A DNA stretch of 42,437 nt from an uncultured Candidatus Saccharibacteria bacterium (GTDB lineage: Bacteria > Patescibacteriota > Minisyncoccia > Sungbacterales > HO2-52-23), in NCBI GenBank assembly GCA_964343395.1, contig CAYFJB010000003.1:1-42437 (forward strand), given 5' to 3'. Positions 19,195 through 28,511 of this stretch are shown in pieces. The position numbers were made by a program, and so were the translations under genes. The notes below the pieces were generated by a model. It saw only the letters and a program-made list of their open reading frames with translations. It was not told the origin of the DNA and searched no databases. The number at the start of each line of letters is the position of its first letter. Position 1 is the first letter of the stretch.

Positions 19195-19911
19195 CTAATG
19201 CGCAAGTGTCAACGCCCAAATCTGTCGAGCCCCCGCTTTTTTTAATGCGCGTGCCGCTGATTCCAAAGTTGCTCCGGTAGTTTTTACGTCATCAAGAAGT
19301 AAAATGACTCTCGCTGCAATGTTTTTCGTTTCTGCGCGGAACGCTCCCTCCATGTTAGCGCGGCGTTCCTTGTGCGTCAGCGTCGCTTGTGATGCAGTGG
19401 ATCGGATGCGTCTAAGTCCAAAAGTATCAGCGGTGATGCCGGTGAACGCCGCAAACTCTTGTGCGATGAGCTCCGCCTGATTGAAGCCGCGCGTACGCAG
19501 ACGCCTGGCATGCAAAGGCACTGGCACAATGACGGATTCGCCGCCAAAGCGAAGAGGGCATACCGTTGTCATATAGTCAGCAAGAATTCGCGCCGCAGCC
19601 GACGCAAGCGGCTTGACCCTACGGTATTTCAATTCGCGCACGAGTGCGTTCACCGCAGGCTCTTCATAGCGGAGCGGGGAGAGAAATCCATAAATTGACG
19701 TGCCCCTCCGGCAAGGACGGCACGTGCGGCCCGCGGGTACACCGTCTCTCGCGGGCGAGAGCCGTCCGCAGATCACACAGCACGGGGGAGTGCGCTGCAT
19801 TATTAACATACATGAAGCACAGAGTGCCCCCACTCCTTCTTTTACGCACACAATACAGTGCAGCGGGAAAATGGTGTTAAGCACCGTATTTTTTAATTTT
19901 GAGAAAAACAT
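19195..19911 (-). CDS. comF: ComF-family protein (ComFC-like phosphoribosyltransferase-fold competence protein)
   Basis: N-terminal Cys clusters (HCIVC..CASC..CCVIC..CRPC) and the PRTase motif VILLLDDVKTTGATL. ATG at 19911; the alternative is TTG at 19926. Confidence 0.85.
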   Translation of the reverse strand: MFFSKLKNTVLNTIFPLHCIVCVKEGVGALCASCMLIMQRTPPCCVICGRLSPARDGVPAGRTCRPCRRGTSIYGFLSPLRYEEPAVNALVRELKYRRVKPLASAAARILADYMTTVCPLRFGGESVIVPVPLHARRLRTRGFNQAELIAQEFAAFTGITADTFGLRRIRSTASQATLTHKERRANMEGAFRAETKNIAARVILLLDDVKTTGATLESAARALKKAGARQIWALTLAH

Positions 19912-19932
19912 TCGGCGTAGTTCCAATTTTTA

Positions 19933-19941
19933 TGGTATACT
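19933..19941 (+). promoter_or_regulatory. Putative extended -10 box TGGTATACT, 6 nt upstream of the pilM1 ATG
   Basis: taTGGTATACTatttttATG. The palindromic GTATAC core also reads TATACC toward divergent comF. Confidence 0.45.
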
Positions 19942-19947
19942 ATTTTT

Positions 19948-21054
19948 ATGGCCGCGATTCCATTCTTCAAGAAATTAACCGCTCCATTTTTTTCACTTGG
20001 GCTCGGCGGAAAACCCAATGCCGCAGTAGGAATTGATATTGGCACATGGTCCACCAAGGTAGTACAATTAAGGTATGAACGGGAAAGGGCTGTGCTTGAG
20101 ACGTACGGGGAACTTTTAAATGAAAGATACTTCAAAGGCGCGCAGGACGCGGGCACCGGCTTCTTGCGTTATCTTGACGCGGATATCGCATCGCTTATCA
20201 AGGATGTGCTGCGGGAATCAAAGGTGACGTCACGCGACGCGTTCTTTTCAATTCCTGCCGCATCAAGTTTTGTCATCACCGTATCACTTCCTCTGCTCTC
20301 CCACAAAGAAGTCGGACAAGCGGTACCCTTTGAGGCGCGTAAATACATACCGGTTCCGCTCGCAGAGGTGGTTCTTGACTGGGATATCTTGGAGACCGAC
20401 GAGGAGCGTGGTATCATAGAAGTACTCCTTATTGTGGTTCCTAAGGAAGTCATTGAGAAATTTAAGAGAATCGCTGGACTCGCGGGTCTCACTCTACGCG
20501 CGCTTGAGGTTGAAACGCTCTCGGCGGTGCGCGCGATTGCACACATGGAGCTTACACCCTTGGCGCTCGTGATTCTCGGACACCAGACCACCACCCTTAC
20601 CATTATTGATAAAGGCAGGGTTCGCCGATCGCATCACTTTACCCGCGGCTCGCAGGAAATTACGGTGGCGCTCGAACGAGGACTCAATATTGAACGCGCT
20701 CGTGCGGAGACCCTCAAACGGGAAGTCGGCGTCAGCGAACGGATTGAAGAACGAGAAAATGTATCACTCATGACACCCTTTCTTGATACGCTCTTCAGTG
20801 AGCTCGCGCGCGTCACCGAAACTTACAACCGTAAAGCGGCGCGCAAGATTCAAAGAATCATTCTTGCCGGCGGCGGAGCGAATCTCAAAGGAGTTGTTGA
20901 AATTGCCGCAACCCACTTTGGGTCAGAGGTGACGCGCGCCAATCCATTTTCGCGCGTGGTAGCGCCGGCATTTCTCCAGCCAGCACTTCGCGAAATCGGT
21001 CCAGGATTCACGATTGCGGTAGGACTTGCATTAAGGAATATCACGTCACGGTAA
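19948..21054 (+). CDS. pilM: Type IV pilus assembly protein PilM (actin-like ATPase fold), set 1
   Basis: GIDIGTWSTKVVQL, an internal PilM-type layout and ILAGGGANLKG. 368 aa. Confidence 0.88.
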   Translation: MAAIPFFKKLTAPFFSLGLGGKPNAAVGIDIGTWSTKVVQLRYERERAVLETYGELLNERYFKGAQDAGTGFLRYLDADIASLIKDVLRESKVTSRDAFFSIPAASSFVITVSLPLLSHKEVGQAVPFEARKYIPVPLAEVVLDWDILETDEERGIIEVLLIVVPKEVIEKFKRIAGLAGLTLRALEVETLSAVRAIAHMELTPLALVILGHQTTTLTIIDKGRVRRSHHFTRGSQEITVALERGLNIERARAETLKREVGVSERIEERENVSLMTPFLDTLFSELARVTETYNRKAARKIQRIILAGGGANLKGVVEIAATHFGSEVTRANPFSRVVAPAFLQPALREIGPGFTIAVGLALRNITSR

Positions 21055-21066
21055 AGTTAAATTCAA

Positions 21067-21621
21067 ATGCCAGATCCTCTCAAAACCCAATTTCCCTCTG
21101 CCCAATCCCGTCTTTCTGACGGAAAACCTATAATACTCTATCTCGCCCTGATGGCATTTTTCTTCACGAGCGCCGGCTACGGAGGTCTTCTTTTTCTCAA
21201 TAAAGCGCAGGAGAGAGCGCGCGATGAATTGCAGGAAGAAGTACGACTGAAACAAGAGAATATCCGTCCGGAGCTTTTAAATGAGGTGGGGGCGCTGGAA
21301 GATCGCCTCAAAAATGTAAGCGCGCTGCTTGCCAATCATGTGGCGGCAACCGGAGCGTTAACGCTTCTTGAAAAAACGACCCATCCAAACGTACGGCTTA
21401 CAAACCTCAATTTTGCCTCTGCCGAGCGGAAACTGGACGTGAGCGGCGAAGCCGCAAGCTATGGAGTGCTCGCGCGCCAGATCACTTTTTTTGAGCAGCA
21501 GCCGGATATTGAACGCGTAGAATTCGGAGGGTTATCCATCGGTCCCGCCAATACCGTGAATTTTAAGACATCACTTGTGCTTGCTCCATCAGTAATCCAA
21601 TTCGGCGCCGCATCACCATAA
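21067..21621 (+). CDS. PilN-like bitopic membrane protein, set 1
   Basis: Assigned by position after pilM and by topology: a short N-terminus, one TM (ILYLALMAFFFTSAGYGGLLF), a coiled coil and an alpha/beta C-domain. It lacks the N-terminal NLLP motif. Confidence 0.6.
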   Translation: MPDPLKTQFPSAQSRLSDGKPIILYLALMAFFFTSAGYGGLLFLNKAQERARDELQEEVRLKQENIRPELLNEVGALEDRLKNVSALLANHVAATGALTLLEKTTHPNVRLTNLNFASAERKLDVSGEAASYGVLARQITFFEQQPDIERVEFGGLSIGPANTVNFKTSLVLAPSVIQFGAASP

Positions 21622-21669
21622 CAATACTATTTAATGTCTAAGTATTTAAATATTTAAATATCATCAGCT

Positions 21670-22281
21670 GTGGCTCAACTTTTCGTCACGCTCATACTTT
21701 TTTTTGGCGCCGCAGTCACTGGTTTTTTGTACCTCGGCCCCGAGTGGACGCACTTCAAAACCCTTCGGCAAGAAGCGGAAACGCTTCAGGCAGTAAGCGC
21801 TGAAATGGACGAACTGTTCAGGATGCGCGATACACTTTTCCAGAAAGTCAACTCGGTTTCAAAAGATGATTTAAGCCGGCTTGAAACCGCATTCCCCAAA
21901 GACTCGGCGCGGGCGCCTCTTCTTGCGTCGCTGGAAGCCGCGGCCATCAGCCATGGCCTTGCGCTCAAACATATGGACACTCTTGGGTTCGTCACACAGC
22001 CGTCACCCGCATCGCCTTCGGCAACGGGTGCCTCACGCCAACCCGCACCTAGAACTGCCCCCGTGACTCAACCCTCTCAAAAAGGTCCTGCCGCGGATAT
22101 TCAGATACAGATGACTGTTGTCGGCTTCTACGCAGAACTCAAACAATTTCTTGAGGCGCTTGAGAAAAGTGTGCGCGTCATTGATATCCAACAGCTCTCT
22201 TTCGGATCACTCGGTACAGAAAAAACAACCGCAGTTCCTCTGGAATTTAAGGTCCTCTTAAAAACATACTACCAACCATGA
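21670..22281 (+). CDS. PilO-like bitopic membrane protein, set 1
   Basis: GTG start, one TM helix, a coiled coil, a Pro/Ser-rich insert and a C-terminal alpha/beta domain. It sits after the PilN-like gene. Confidence 0.6.
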   Translation: MAQLFVTLILFFGAAVTGFLYLGPEWTHFKTLRQEAETLQAVSAEMDELFRMRDTLFQKVNSVSKDDLSRLETAFPKDSARAPLLASLEAAAISHGLALKHMDTLGFVTQPSPASPSATGASRQPAPRTAPVTQPSQKGPAADIQIQMTVVGFYAELKQFLEALEKSVRVIDIQQLSFGSLGTEKTTAVPLEFKVLLKTYYQP

Positions 22282-22577
22282 CCAACCGCACCCTTATCCT
22301 TATTTTCATTGCGCTCGTACTCGGCCTTGCTTCCTATGTTATCTGGCGCCGCGGGAACCTGCCCGCCGAGGGCCTACCCGCCCAACAGGGTTCTGCCGAA
22401 AGTGTAACTCCTGCAACAGCGATTGCCGCGCTCCAGCGCCTTCGCACCGTACAGCTGGACACAAGCATTCTCCGAAGTCCTTTGTGGCGCGCGCTCAAAG
22501 AACTGCCGCCCAACCCGACACCATTGACCGCGCCCGGGAGAGCAAACCCGTTTATTCTTGACTCGGATGGCACCTGA
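22278..22577 (+). CDS. Small single-pass membrane protein (PilP-position, unknown)
   Basis: 99 aa with TM ILIFIALVLGLASYVIW and a C-terminal GRANPF motif. It is translationally coupled to the pilO-like gene (ATGA overlap). Confidence 0.6.
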   Translation: MTNRTLILIFIALVLGLASYVIWRRGNLPAEGLPAQQGSAESVTPATAIAALQRLRTVQLDTSILRSPLWRALKELPPNPTPLTAPGRANPFILDSDGT

Positions 22578-22586
22578 TTTTGACCT

Positions 22587-24296
22587 ATGCCCAAATCAAT
22601 TCTCGACATCCTTGTCGCAAAAAATATTTTGACCGCAGCCGATCTGCCGGCTATCCGTCAAGAAGCAAAAGAGAAGAGTATCGGATTTGAAGACGTGCTC
22701 TACGGCCGGGGGATAGATGAGACTGCGGTCGCAGAAGCGAAAAGCGAACTCGCGGGCTACCCGGTACGATACCTCAAGGGAGGCCAGGTCCCTTTTGAAG
22801 TGCTCCATGACATTCCCGAGGAGTCGGCGCGGCATTATAAAATGATTCCCCTGGGCAAGGAGGACGGCTATTTTGATGTAGGCATGCTGTCCCCGGAGGA
22901 CGTAACCGCACATGAAGCCCTCCGTTTTATTGCGGCGCGCAGCAACCTGCCGACGCGGGTCTTTGTCATCACGCCCTCTGATTTCAATACAGTTCTGCAG
23001 GAATATAAGGGGCTCACCGGCGAGGTGAAAAAAGCGCTCGGCGAGTTTGAAAAAGAATTTCAGGCGCTCGAAGAACGCGTTGCCGTAACCCGGCCACAGA
23101 ACGCGCATATTACTGAAGAGGCGCCGGTGACCAAAATTATGGCGGTGATCCTTCGCCATGCGGTCGATGGCCATGCGTCAGACATTCACATTGAACCCGG
23201 CCGCGAGAAACTCCGTGTACGATTCCGCGTGGATGGCGTGCTTCATACGACCCTTATTCTCCCCGTGGGAGTAGCGCCCGCACTCGTCACCCGCATCAAA
23301 GTCATGACAAACTTGAAAATTGATGAGACGCGCATTCCGCAGGACGGCAGATTCCATATGGAACTGGCCGGGCGCGAAATTGACTTTCGCGTCTCTACGT
23401 TTCCTACCGCTTTCGGAGAAAAAGTGGTTATCAGAATTCTTGACCCTGCCGTCGGAATGGGGGATCTCGCAAGTCTTGGCCTTGACGGACGGAATCTCAC
23501 GGTTCTTCAAGAAAATATCAACCGGCCCTATGGCATGATCCTTATCACCGGCCCCACCGGCTCCGGCAAATCAACTACGCTCTACTCAATTCTTCAGATA
23601 CTCAATCAGGAAGGGGTTAACGTGGTAAGCTTGGAAGACCCCATTGAATACTATATCAACGGCGTCAATCAATCGCAGGTGCGGCCGGAAATTAATTATG
23701 ATTTTGCAACGGGGATCAGACACGTCGTGCGCCAAGACCCTGATATCATTATGGTGGGCGAGATCCGCGACAAAGAAACCGCCGCGCTCGCAGTCCACGC
23801 CGCGCTCACCGGGCATCTCGTGCTTTCCACCCTCCATACCAACAACGCAATCGGCGTCATTCCGCGCCTCATTGACATGGGCGTTGATCCCTATCTTATT
23901 CCGCCAACACTCATATTGGCAATCGCCCAGCGCCTCGTGCGGACACTGTGCCCCTCGCGCAAAAAAGTAAAACTCGCGGGCCGGGCAAAAGAAATTATTA
24001 TGAGCGAGATTGAAACACTGCCTGACGCGGCGAGGGATGAATTCAAAAAACTGCCGCAGGAGATTTGTGAGGCCGAGATGTCTGCCGAATGCCCTAAGGG
24101 CACCCGCGGCAGAATTGGAATTTTTGAAGTCCTCTCCATGACCCCGGAGCTTGAATCCATTATTCTTACCGGCCCATCAGAGGCAAAAATCGCGGAGGAG
24201 GCGCGACGGCAGGCGATGGTTACCATGAAGCAGGATGGCATTATTAAAGTTATCAAAGGCGTCATCGGCCTTGAACAGCTTTTTGAGACAGTTTGA
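22587..24296 (+). CDS. pilB: Type IV pilus assembly ATPase, PilB/GspE family (copy 2)
   Basis: T2SSE_N-like N-terminus, Walker A GPTGSGKSTTLY, LEDPIEY, VRQDPDIIMVGEIRD, TGHLVLSTLHTN. 569 aa. Confidence 0.92.
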   Translation: MPKSILDILVAKNILTAADLPAIRQEAKEKSIGFEDVLYGRGIDETAVAEAKSELAGYPVRYLKGGQVPFEVLHDIPEESARHYKMIPLGKEDGYFDVGMLSPEDVTAHEALRFIAARSNLPTRVFVITPSDFNTVLQEYKGLTGEVKKALGEFEKEFQALEERVAVTRPQNAHITEEAPVTKIMAVILRHAVDGHASDIHIEPGREKLRVRFRVDGVLHTTLILPVGVAPALVTRIKVMTNLKIDETRIPQDGRFHMELAGREIDFRVSTFPTAFGEKVVIRILDPAVGMGDLASLGLDGRNLTVLQENINRPYGMILITGPTGSGKSTTLYSILQILNQEGVNVVSLEDPIEYYINGVNQSQVRPEINYDFATGIRHVVRQDPDIIMVGEIRDKETAALAVHAALTGHLVLSTLHTNNAIGVIPRLIDMGVDPYLIPPTLILAIAQRLVRTLCPSRKKVKLAGRAKEIIMSEIETLPDAARDEFKKLPQEICEAEMSAECPKGTRGRIGIFEVLSMTPELESIILTGPSEAKIAEEARRQAMVTMKQDGIIKVIKGVIGLEQLFETV

Positions 24297-24342
24297 TTTA
24301 CCTTTTTATATCTTATAGTATTGGATTATACACAATCGCTCT

Positions 24343-24741
24343 ATGGAAACCACACGCCAGAAAATTCTCATTATTGACGATGATCCATTTATACTGGATA
24401 TGTACGTCCTTAAATTTAAGGAGGAGGGATTTGAAATTGACGTTGCGCACAACGGCAAAGAAGGCGTTGAGAAAGTGCGGTCGTTCCTTCCCGATGTGGT
24501 GCTGCTGGACGTCGTCATGCCGGCGATGGACGGATTCGATGTTATGACACAGCTTAAAAAAGAACGGGAGACCCGCACCTTCCATGTGATATTCCTCACC
24601 AATTTCGGGCAAAAAGAAGATGTTGAGCGCGGATTGAAGCTCGGCGCCGATGAATACATCATAAAAGCGCACTTCACCCCTTCAGAGGTCGTCCAAAAAG
24701 TCCACCAAATCCTTAACCAAAAAACTTCCCCCAATGCCTGA
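24343..24741 (+). CDS. CheY-like single-domain response regulator (receiver 3) between PilB2 and PilT
   Basis: ILIIDDD, VLLDVVMPAMDG, FLTNFG, EYIIKAH. The 3' end overlaps pilT by 8 nt. Confidence 0.9.
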   Translation: METTRQKILIIDDDPFILDMYVLKFKEEGFEIDVAHNGKEGVEKVRSFLPDVVLLDVVMPAMDGFDVMTQLKKERETRTFHVIFLTNFGQKEDVERGLKLGADEYIIKAHFTPSEVVQKVHQILNQKTSPNA

Positions 24742-25801
24742 TACCACAGCGCAGCTCGAAAAATTAATCTCTATCGTCGTTAAAGAAAATGCTTCGGACC
24801 TCCATATCACTGTGGGCCGTCACCCCACGCTACGCATAGACGGAACACTCACCCCGCTTCTTAAAGAAGAGGTGGTTACGCCGGAGATTGCGCAGGAATT
24901 TGTGTTTTCGCTCCTCAACGAAGAACAGCGGCGAAAATTTATGACGGAGAAAGAACTGGACCTGTCATATAATTTTCGTGACCGGGCACGATTTCGCGTC
25001 AATATATTTTCCCAAAAAGGTTTTGTCGGCGCCGCACTTCGGCTTATCCCCGATAAAAATAAAACCATAGAAGAGCTTAACCTACCCCCTATTCTTCAGG
25101 AATTCTGCACTCGGCCGCAGGGATTTTTTCTTGTCGTTGGCCCAACGGGTCATGGAAAATCAACGACACTCGCGGCAATGATTGAATATATCAACCGAAC
25201 GCGCGCGGAACACGTTATCACGATTGAAGACCCAATTGAATACCTCTTTACCTCGGACAAATCCATCATTGATCAGCGCGAAGTGGGCATTGACACCATT
25301 GATTTTCATCGTTCGCTCCGTTCCATGTTTAGAGAGGATGTGGATGTGGCTATGGTAGGCGAGATGCGCGACGCCGAGACCATTGCCGCCGCCGTGACCG
25401 CCGCAGAAACAGGGCACCTTATTTTTTCAACCCTTCACACCAATAATGCGGCGCAAACCATTGACCGCATTATTGATTCATTCCCGCCCGAACAGCAAAA
25501 CCAGATACGGCTTCAATTGTCTGCAACCATTATCGGTGTCTTGTCTCAGCGTCTGCTTCCGCGGCTCAATGGAGGTCTCATCCCTGCCGCAGAAGTCCTG
25601 ATTGCAACTCCTGCGGTACGCAATCTTATCCGCGAAGGACGGACGCATGAAATTGACTTGGTGCTTGAAACCGGCTCCGCAGACGGCATGATAAGCCTCA
25701 ACCGTGCACTCGCAGATCTTGTGCGCAGGGGCGAGGTAAGCATGGAAAATGCGCGAGTCTTTTCCTTCCAGCCGGAAGAACTTAACGGCTTACTGAAATA
25801 A
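24734..25801 (+). CDS. pilT: Twitching-motility (retraction) ATPase PilT
   Basis: 355 aa with no N-terminal extension. ASDLHITVG, GPTGHGKSTTLAAMI, ITIEDPIEY, MVGEMRD, TGHLIFSTLHTNNA. Confidence 0.9.
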   Translation: MPDTTAQLEKLISIVVKENASDLHITVGRHPTLRIDGTLTPLLKEEVVTPEIAQEFVFSLLNEEQRRKFMTEKELDLSYNFRDRARFRVNIFSQKGFVGAALRLIPDKNKTIEELNLPPILQEFCTRPQGFFLVVGPTGHGKSTTLAAMIEYINRTRAEHVITIEDPIEYLFTSDKSIIDQREVGIDTIDFHRSLRSMFREDVDVAMVGEMRDAETIAAAVTAAETGHLIFSTLHTNNAAQTIDRIIDSFPPEQQNQIRLQLSATIIGVLSQRLLPRLNGGLIPAAEVLIATPAVRNLIREGRTHEIDLVLETGSADGMISLNRALADLVRRGEVSMENARVFSFQPEELNGLLK

Positions 25802-25828
25802 ATCTAATAATCTTCTCACACCTGGTTT

Positions 25829-27031
25829 ATGCCACTCTTTGCATACCGCGGCCGCACGCCGCAGGGCGAAGTACGCACCGGCGTCATTGAAACCTCATCA
25901 CATGAGGCCGCGCTCGCGCTCCTGCAACGGAACAATCTTGTTATTATTGAACTTGGCGAATATAAAAAACCGCTTCTTGCAGGAGGCATATTCGGCGGCC
26001 GCATTTCCCAAAAAGAAATCGTGATTTTCTCACGCCAACTCGCCACACTGCTTGAAGCGCAAGTGCCGGCGGTCTACGCGCTCAAAACTCTGATTGACGA
26101 GACATCAAAACCGCTCTTCAAAAATATCATTGCGCAGATTATGGATGATGTGAGCGGGGGACTGGCTCTCTCGCAGGCATTCAGCAAACATCCGCTCGTT
26201 TTTTCCCCATTCTATGTGAATCTTATCCGTTCCGGCGAGGAAACCGGGAAGCTCCAGGAAATTTTTTCGTACCTTGCCGATTATCTTGAACGTTCCTACT
26301 ACCTCACGGTCAAAGCGAGAAATTCCATGATCTATCCAGCGTTTGTGCTTCTTGCATTCGTGGGTGTCATGATCGTCATGCTCACCGTCATTATTCCGCG
26401 GCTCGTGAGTATTTTTGAAGAAGCGGGCGCCACACTTCCCTTCTATACTCAAATTATCATTTACGCGTCGCGCTTCTTGCGCCAATGGGGCATTGCACTC
26501 CTTGTCGCGACGGCAGCCGGTTCCGTGTTTGTATGGCGATGGTCAAAATCAGGAACAGGCCGGCTTTTTTTTCATCGGATGCAGCTCAAAATCCCGATCT
26601 TCGGCGGCATCTACCAGAAACTTTTCATGACGCGGCTCGCAGATAATCTTCGAACGCTCATCATGGGCGGAATTCCCATTATGCGCGCACTCTCGGTGAC
26701 AAGCACCGTTGTCGGCAACATGGTGTATGAGCAGGCGCTTGAGCGGGCAATTGAAGCGGTAAAGGGCGGCAGCTCTATCTCATCTGCGTTTGAACAGGTG
26801 CGCGAGATCCCGGTACTCGTCACCCAGATGATCAAGGTCGGGGAATCCTCGGGCCGTCTCGACTTTATGCTGGGGAGCGTTGCGAAATTCTACCAGCGCG
26901 AGGTGGATTCTGCGCTGGAAAATCTCGTCGCGCTCATAGAGCCACTCCTCATTGTATTTCTCGGCGTCGGCATCGGGATACTCGTCGCTTCCGTCCTTGT
27001 ACCGCTGTATAATCTTGTGGGGACATTTTAA
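25829..27031 (+). CDS. pilC: Type IV pilus platform protein PilC (T2SS F family)
   Basis: 400 aa with two T2SSF repeats (FSRQLATLLEAQVP.., FMTRLADNLRTLIMGGIPI..) and three TM segments. Confidence 0.9.
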   Translation: MPLFAYRGRTPQGEVRTGVIETSSHEAALALLQRNNLVIIELGEYKKPLLAGGIFGGRISQKEIVIFSRQLATLLEAQVPAVYALKTLIDETSKPLFKNIIAQIMDDVSGGLALSQAFSKHPLVFSPFYVNLIRSGEETGKLQEIFSYLADYLERSYYLTVKARNSMIYPAFVLLAFVGVMIVMLTVIIPRLVSIFEEAGATLPFYTQIIIYASRFLRQWGIALLVATAAGSVFVWRWSKSGTGRLFFHRMQLKIPIFGGIYQKLFMTRLADNLRTLIMGGIPIMRALSVTSTVVGNMVYEQALERAIEAVKGGSSISSAFEQVREIPVLVTQMIKVGESSGRLDFMLGSVAKFYQREVDSALENLVALIEPLLIVFLGVGIGILVASVLVPLYNLVGTF

Positions 27032-27072
27032 GCAGGGTGTGGATAATTAAAACGTGCATCCAAAAAGCGGTG

Positions 27073-27081
27073 TGGTATACT
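27073..27081 (+). promoter_or_regulatory. Putative extended -10 box TGGTATACT upstream of the major pilin (about 45-nt leader)
   Basis: The direct repeat GGTGTGGATA (27036-27045) / GGTGTGGTATA (27069-27079) includes this box. The upstream copy also reads as TGGATAATT. Confidence 0.4.
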
Positions 27082-27132
27082 TACCTTTAGGTCGATACTG
27101 CTTTTAAGTTTTCATATAGTTAAATTTCTATT

Positions 27133-27684
27133 ATGATTTTTTCGGAACTATCATTTATTCGTTCCAGAATCCGGCAAAGCCGCAATGGGTTTACCCTCAT
27201 TGAGCTTCTCGTCGTCATCGCGATTATCGGAGTCCTCGCCTCAATTGTGCTCGCCTCCCTCAATACCGCACGGCGTAAATCGCGAGACGCGCGGCGCGTC
27301 ACCGACATCAAACAGATCCAGTTGGCGCTTGAACTTTACTACGACGCCCAAACCCCTCCGCAATATCCCGCATATAACGCCGACTGCGCAACAGAAGCCT
27401 TTGGATTAAAGGTCCTAACGCCCAATTACATTCCTCAGACGCCGCGCGATCCCACAAGAGTGACTCCCAACAATTGCTATGCGTACGGCGCACCCGGAGG
27501 TGCCGCCACCAGAAACGCGTATCACTTGGGCGCCATGCTGGAAGACGCCGAACATCAGGCACTCAAGACCGACCGTGACATTGACACCTCTGCATCCTAC
27601 AGCGGAAGCGGGGGATTCAACGGCGCCTCCAGTGACTGCGCTACAGGAGCTGGCACTGAAGCATGCTACGATGTCGTGCCGTAA
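27133..27684 (+). CDS. pilA: Major type IV pilin (prepilin with N-terminal cleavage/methylation motif)
   Basis: Leader ending ..QSRNG then FTLIELLVVIAIIGVLASIVLASL, with Glu at +5. There is a C-terminal Cys pair (DCATGAGTEAC). 183 aa. It lies directly upstream of pilD. Confidence 0.88.
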   Translation: MIFSELSFIRSRIRQSRNGFTLIELLVVIAIIGVLASIVLASLNTARRKSRDARRVTDIKQIQLALELYYDAQTPPQYPAYNADCATEAFGLKVLTPNYIPQTPRDPTRVTPNNCYAYGAPGGAATRNAYHLGAMLEDAEHQALKTDRDIDTSASYSGSGGFNGASSDCATGAGTEACYDVVP

Positions 27685-27692
27685 CAGCTCAC

Positions 27693-28511
27693 ATGGAGTT
27701 TCCTGTCCTCTTAGTATCCCTTGCAGCAGTGTGGGGGCTTGCCGTGGGAAGTTTTCTCAATGTGATTGCAATGCGTGGAGGAAAGGGAGAATCACCGAGA
27801 GGCAGATCACGTTGTGAGTCGTGCGGCCACACTCTTTCGTGGCGAGAACTTCTTCCGGTGATAAGTTTTCTGATTCAAAAGGGGCGGTGCCGTACCTGCG
27901 GCGCCGCTCTTTCTTGGCAATACCTCGCCTCAGAAGCCGGAACAGCTTTTTCCTTTGCGTTCGCATTGTGGATCATGGCCCCGTCTTTAACAACCACAAG
28001 CATTTTTACCGCGTCCCTCATACTCGGAACTCTCTTTGCCGCGGTAAGTGCTGGCGTCGTGATAGTAATTTCTGATTTACGCTTTCAGATTATCCCTAAT
28101 GGCGCGGTTGCCATCCTCTATGGGGCTGGCATGATCCGAACAGCAATTTCCGCGGGTATGCGAATACGCGATGGATCAGAAATAACTCTACAGTCTTTTT
28201 TGCCTCATATTGTTGCGGCGTTTCTCATTGCGTTGTTTTTTGCGGGTCTCTGGTTTTTCTCACAAGGACGCTGGATTGGTTTTGGTGATGCAAAACTTGC
28301 GGGTGCCACGTCACTCATCCTCGGCTTTCCCGCATCTCTTGCAGGATTTCTCTTTTCTTTCTGGATAGGGGGTTTCGCGGGTATAATCCTCATTGCCTCC
28401 GGATTCGCAACCCCTAAAAGCCGCATCCCTTTCGGACCATTTATTCTTGCAGGAACCATCGCGGCATTTTTCTTCTCCGATACACTCACCGCTCTAATCA
28501 ACTTTATATAA
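27693..28511 (+). CDS. pilD: Prepilin peptidase (A24 family) PilD
   Basis: N-terminal CxxC..CxxC region (CESCGH..CRTCGA), catalytic Asp contexts ISDLRFQIIPN and GFGDAKLAG, polytopic. I place the start at ATG 27693, which avoids overlap with pilA. Confidence 0.9.
   Translation: MEFPVLLVSLAAVWGLAVGSFLNVIAMRGGKGESPRGRSRCESCGHTLSWRELLPVISFLIQKGRCRTCGAALSWQYLASEAGTAFSFAFALWIMAPSLTTTSIFTASLILGTLFAAVSAGVVIVISDLRFQIIPNGAVAILYGAGMIRTAISAGMRIRDGSEITLQSFLPHIVAAFLIALFFAGLWFFSQGRWIGFGDAKLAGATSLILGFPASLAGFLFSFWIGGFAGIILIASGFATPKSRIPFGPFILAGTIAAFFFSDTLTALINFI

Noticed and set aside
17248-24296. Whether the PilB N-terminal domains are MshEN-type c-di-GMP receptors.
   Set aside because: Both N-termini have the hydrophobic L/I pattern of T2SSE_N domains, but the leading RLG-type Arg of the MshEN motif is not evident in either (LKAFLLDSGLL; ILDILVAKNIL). 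No diguanylate cyclase is in the window. The evidence is insufficient.
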